Origin: Escherichia phage ime09
Sequence record: NC_019503.1
DNA length: 64,000 bases
Reading direction: 5' to 3' (one strand)
Shown here: one piece after another, positions 63,062-64,000 of the stretch
How positions within the stretch are numbered: the first letter of the stretch is position 1
How the letters are laid out: every line of letters starts with the position of its first letter
Made by a program: the position numbers and the translations under genes
The notes under the pieces: generated by a model
The model's input: the letters and a program-made list of their open reading frames with translations, nothing else
Databases searched by the model: none
What the model was told of the DNA's origin: nothing

Positions 63062-64000
63062 TTATTTAAATTGTTCAGTAACGTCTTCAACTACTTCGTA
63101 TTGGCAGGTACGCATTTTAGCATCGTTGTAATCAATCGGAATTGATACTACATCGCGAGGATGTACTTTAACTTTTACAACTCGACTGGTTGAACTGCCA
63201 AAGTGACGAATATAAGATTTAGAACACACATGCAGACCACGAGAACAAGTTTGTGTATCATCGTCATTCACACGAGTGCGTGGCATTTTAACTACTTTAC
63301 CAGGACTGTTATCAAAAGTATTTGAATGACAGTCAAAGTAATTGCTGCGAACTACTTTCCAAGCATAGAAGTAGCCATCTTCTGTAATTTCAATATCGTT
63401 TGCTACCAAGAAATCAAAGAGTCGAGATACCGCTTTTTGACTCGGGTTTTCTAACAGATTTTCCAAGAACGGAAAATAAAATTCAAAGTTTTCACCTTTT
63501 TCCATCGAATCGAGAATACGATCAACTAAACCAGACCGCAATTCAATATTTTGATAGAACAAGCTTCCACCTTCAATTCGAACATCACCGGAAATATATT
63601 TTTCAACAGCGCGACGAACGTTAATTTTTTGTGCTGCTTCTTCCAATTTATCTGCAACAAGCAGATTAAGAATTTCCTGGAAGTTTGAATGAGTATTAGG
63701 AGTTGCGTTATAAGTTACACCGTCAACAGTAATTGAAATGAATTTTTTAGATGCATTCCAAATAATGTCAGATTTAGCAACCGGAGCAATAGCTGTATCG
63801 CTATTAACTTTAACTGTAATATCACCGCTAATAGTAACTTTGGAGCGCTCAGCTTCTTCAGCATTTTTCAAAACACGACGGATTGTGTCCACCGATACAC
63901 CTTGCCAATCAGCCAATTCCTGCTGAGTATAATTACCACTTGAATACAGTTTGACAATTTCAGCTTGTTCGTTTTTGGTCAGGCATTTAATATTGTACAT
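63062..64000 (-). CDS. rIIB: rIIB rapid-lysis / membrane-associated protein
   Basis: 312 aa with the classical N-terminus MYNIKCLTKNEQAEIVKLY; the start codon lies at the window edge. Confidence 0.9.
   Translation of the reverse strand: MYNIKCLTKNEQAEIVKLYSSGNYTQQELADWQGVSVDTIRRVLKNAEEAERSKVTISGDITVKVNSDTAIAPVAKSDIIWNASKKFISITVDGVTYNATPNTHSNFQEILNLLVADKLEEAAQKINVRRAVEKYISGDVRIEGGSLFYQNIELRSGLVDRILDSMEKGENFEFYFPFLENLLENPSQKAVSRLFDFLVANDIEITEDGYFYAWKVVRSNYFDCHSNTFDNSPGKVVKMPRTRVNDDDTQTCSRGLHVCSKSYIRHFGSSTSRVVKVKVHPRDVVSIPIDYNDAKMRTCQYEVVEDVTEQFK

Overview
This window reads as a contiguous ~64 kb segment of a T4-like (T-even, Tequatrovirus-type) Escherichia phage genome, running from the 3' end of the major capsid gene 23 to rIIB. 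All calls rest on reading the supplied ORF translations against remembered T4 proteins, motifs and gene order; no database search was run. Recognisable content: head genes (23 C-terminus, 24, hoc, inh), RNA ligases rnlB and rnlA, uvsW/uvsY, the baseplate hub cluster 25-26-51-27-28-29-48-54, two tandem Alt-like ADP-ribosyltransferases, DNA ligase 30, rIII, co-chaperonin 31, the nucleotide-metabolism block (cd, pseT, denA, nrdB, nrdA, td, frd), spanins, alc, replication/recombination genes 32, 59, 33, dsbA and rnh, long-tail-fibre genes 34-35-36-37 with a T2-type gp38 adhesin, holin t, asiA, arn, motA, topoisomerase subunit 52, a probable ndd/denB region and rIIB. Many short ORFs between them are of unknown function. 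I saw no tRNA, CRISPR array, transposase or integrase. Differences from canonical T4: nrdB and td are uninterrupted (no group I introns), there are no seg-type homing endonuclease genes at 23/24 or inh/uvsW, hoc carries an extra tandem Ig-like domain, gp37/gp38 are T2-type, and an extra ORF sits between frd and td. The two observations I rate highest are (1) a 54-bp near-identical promoter/leader element upstream of alt.-3 and alc that can fold into an RNA hairpin occluding the Shine-Dalgarno, and (2) an apparent 1-nt frameshift in rnh at an A5 tract. I did not find a clearly novel multi-gene system; the candidates for novelty are the unassigned small ORFs and the regulatory elements listed below.
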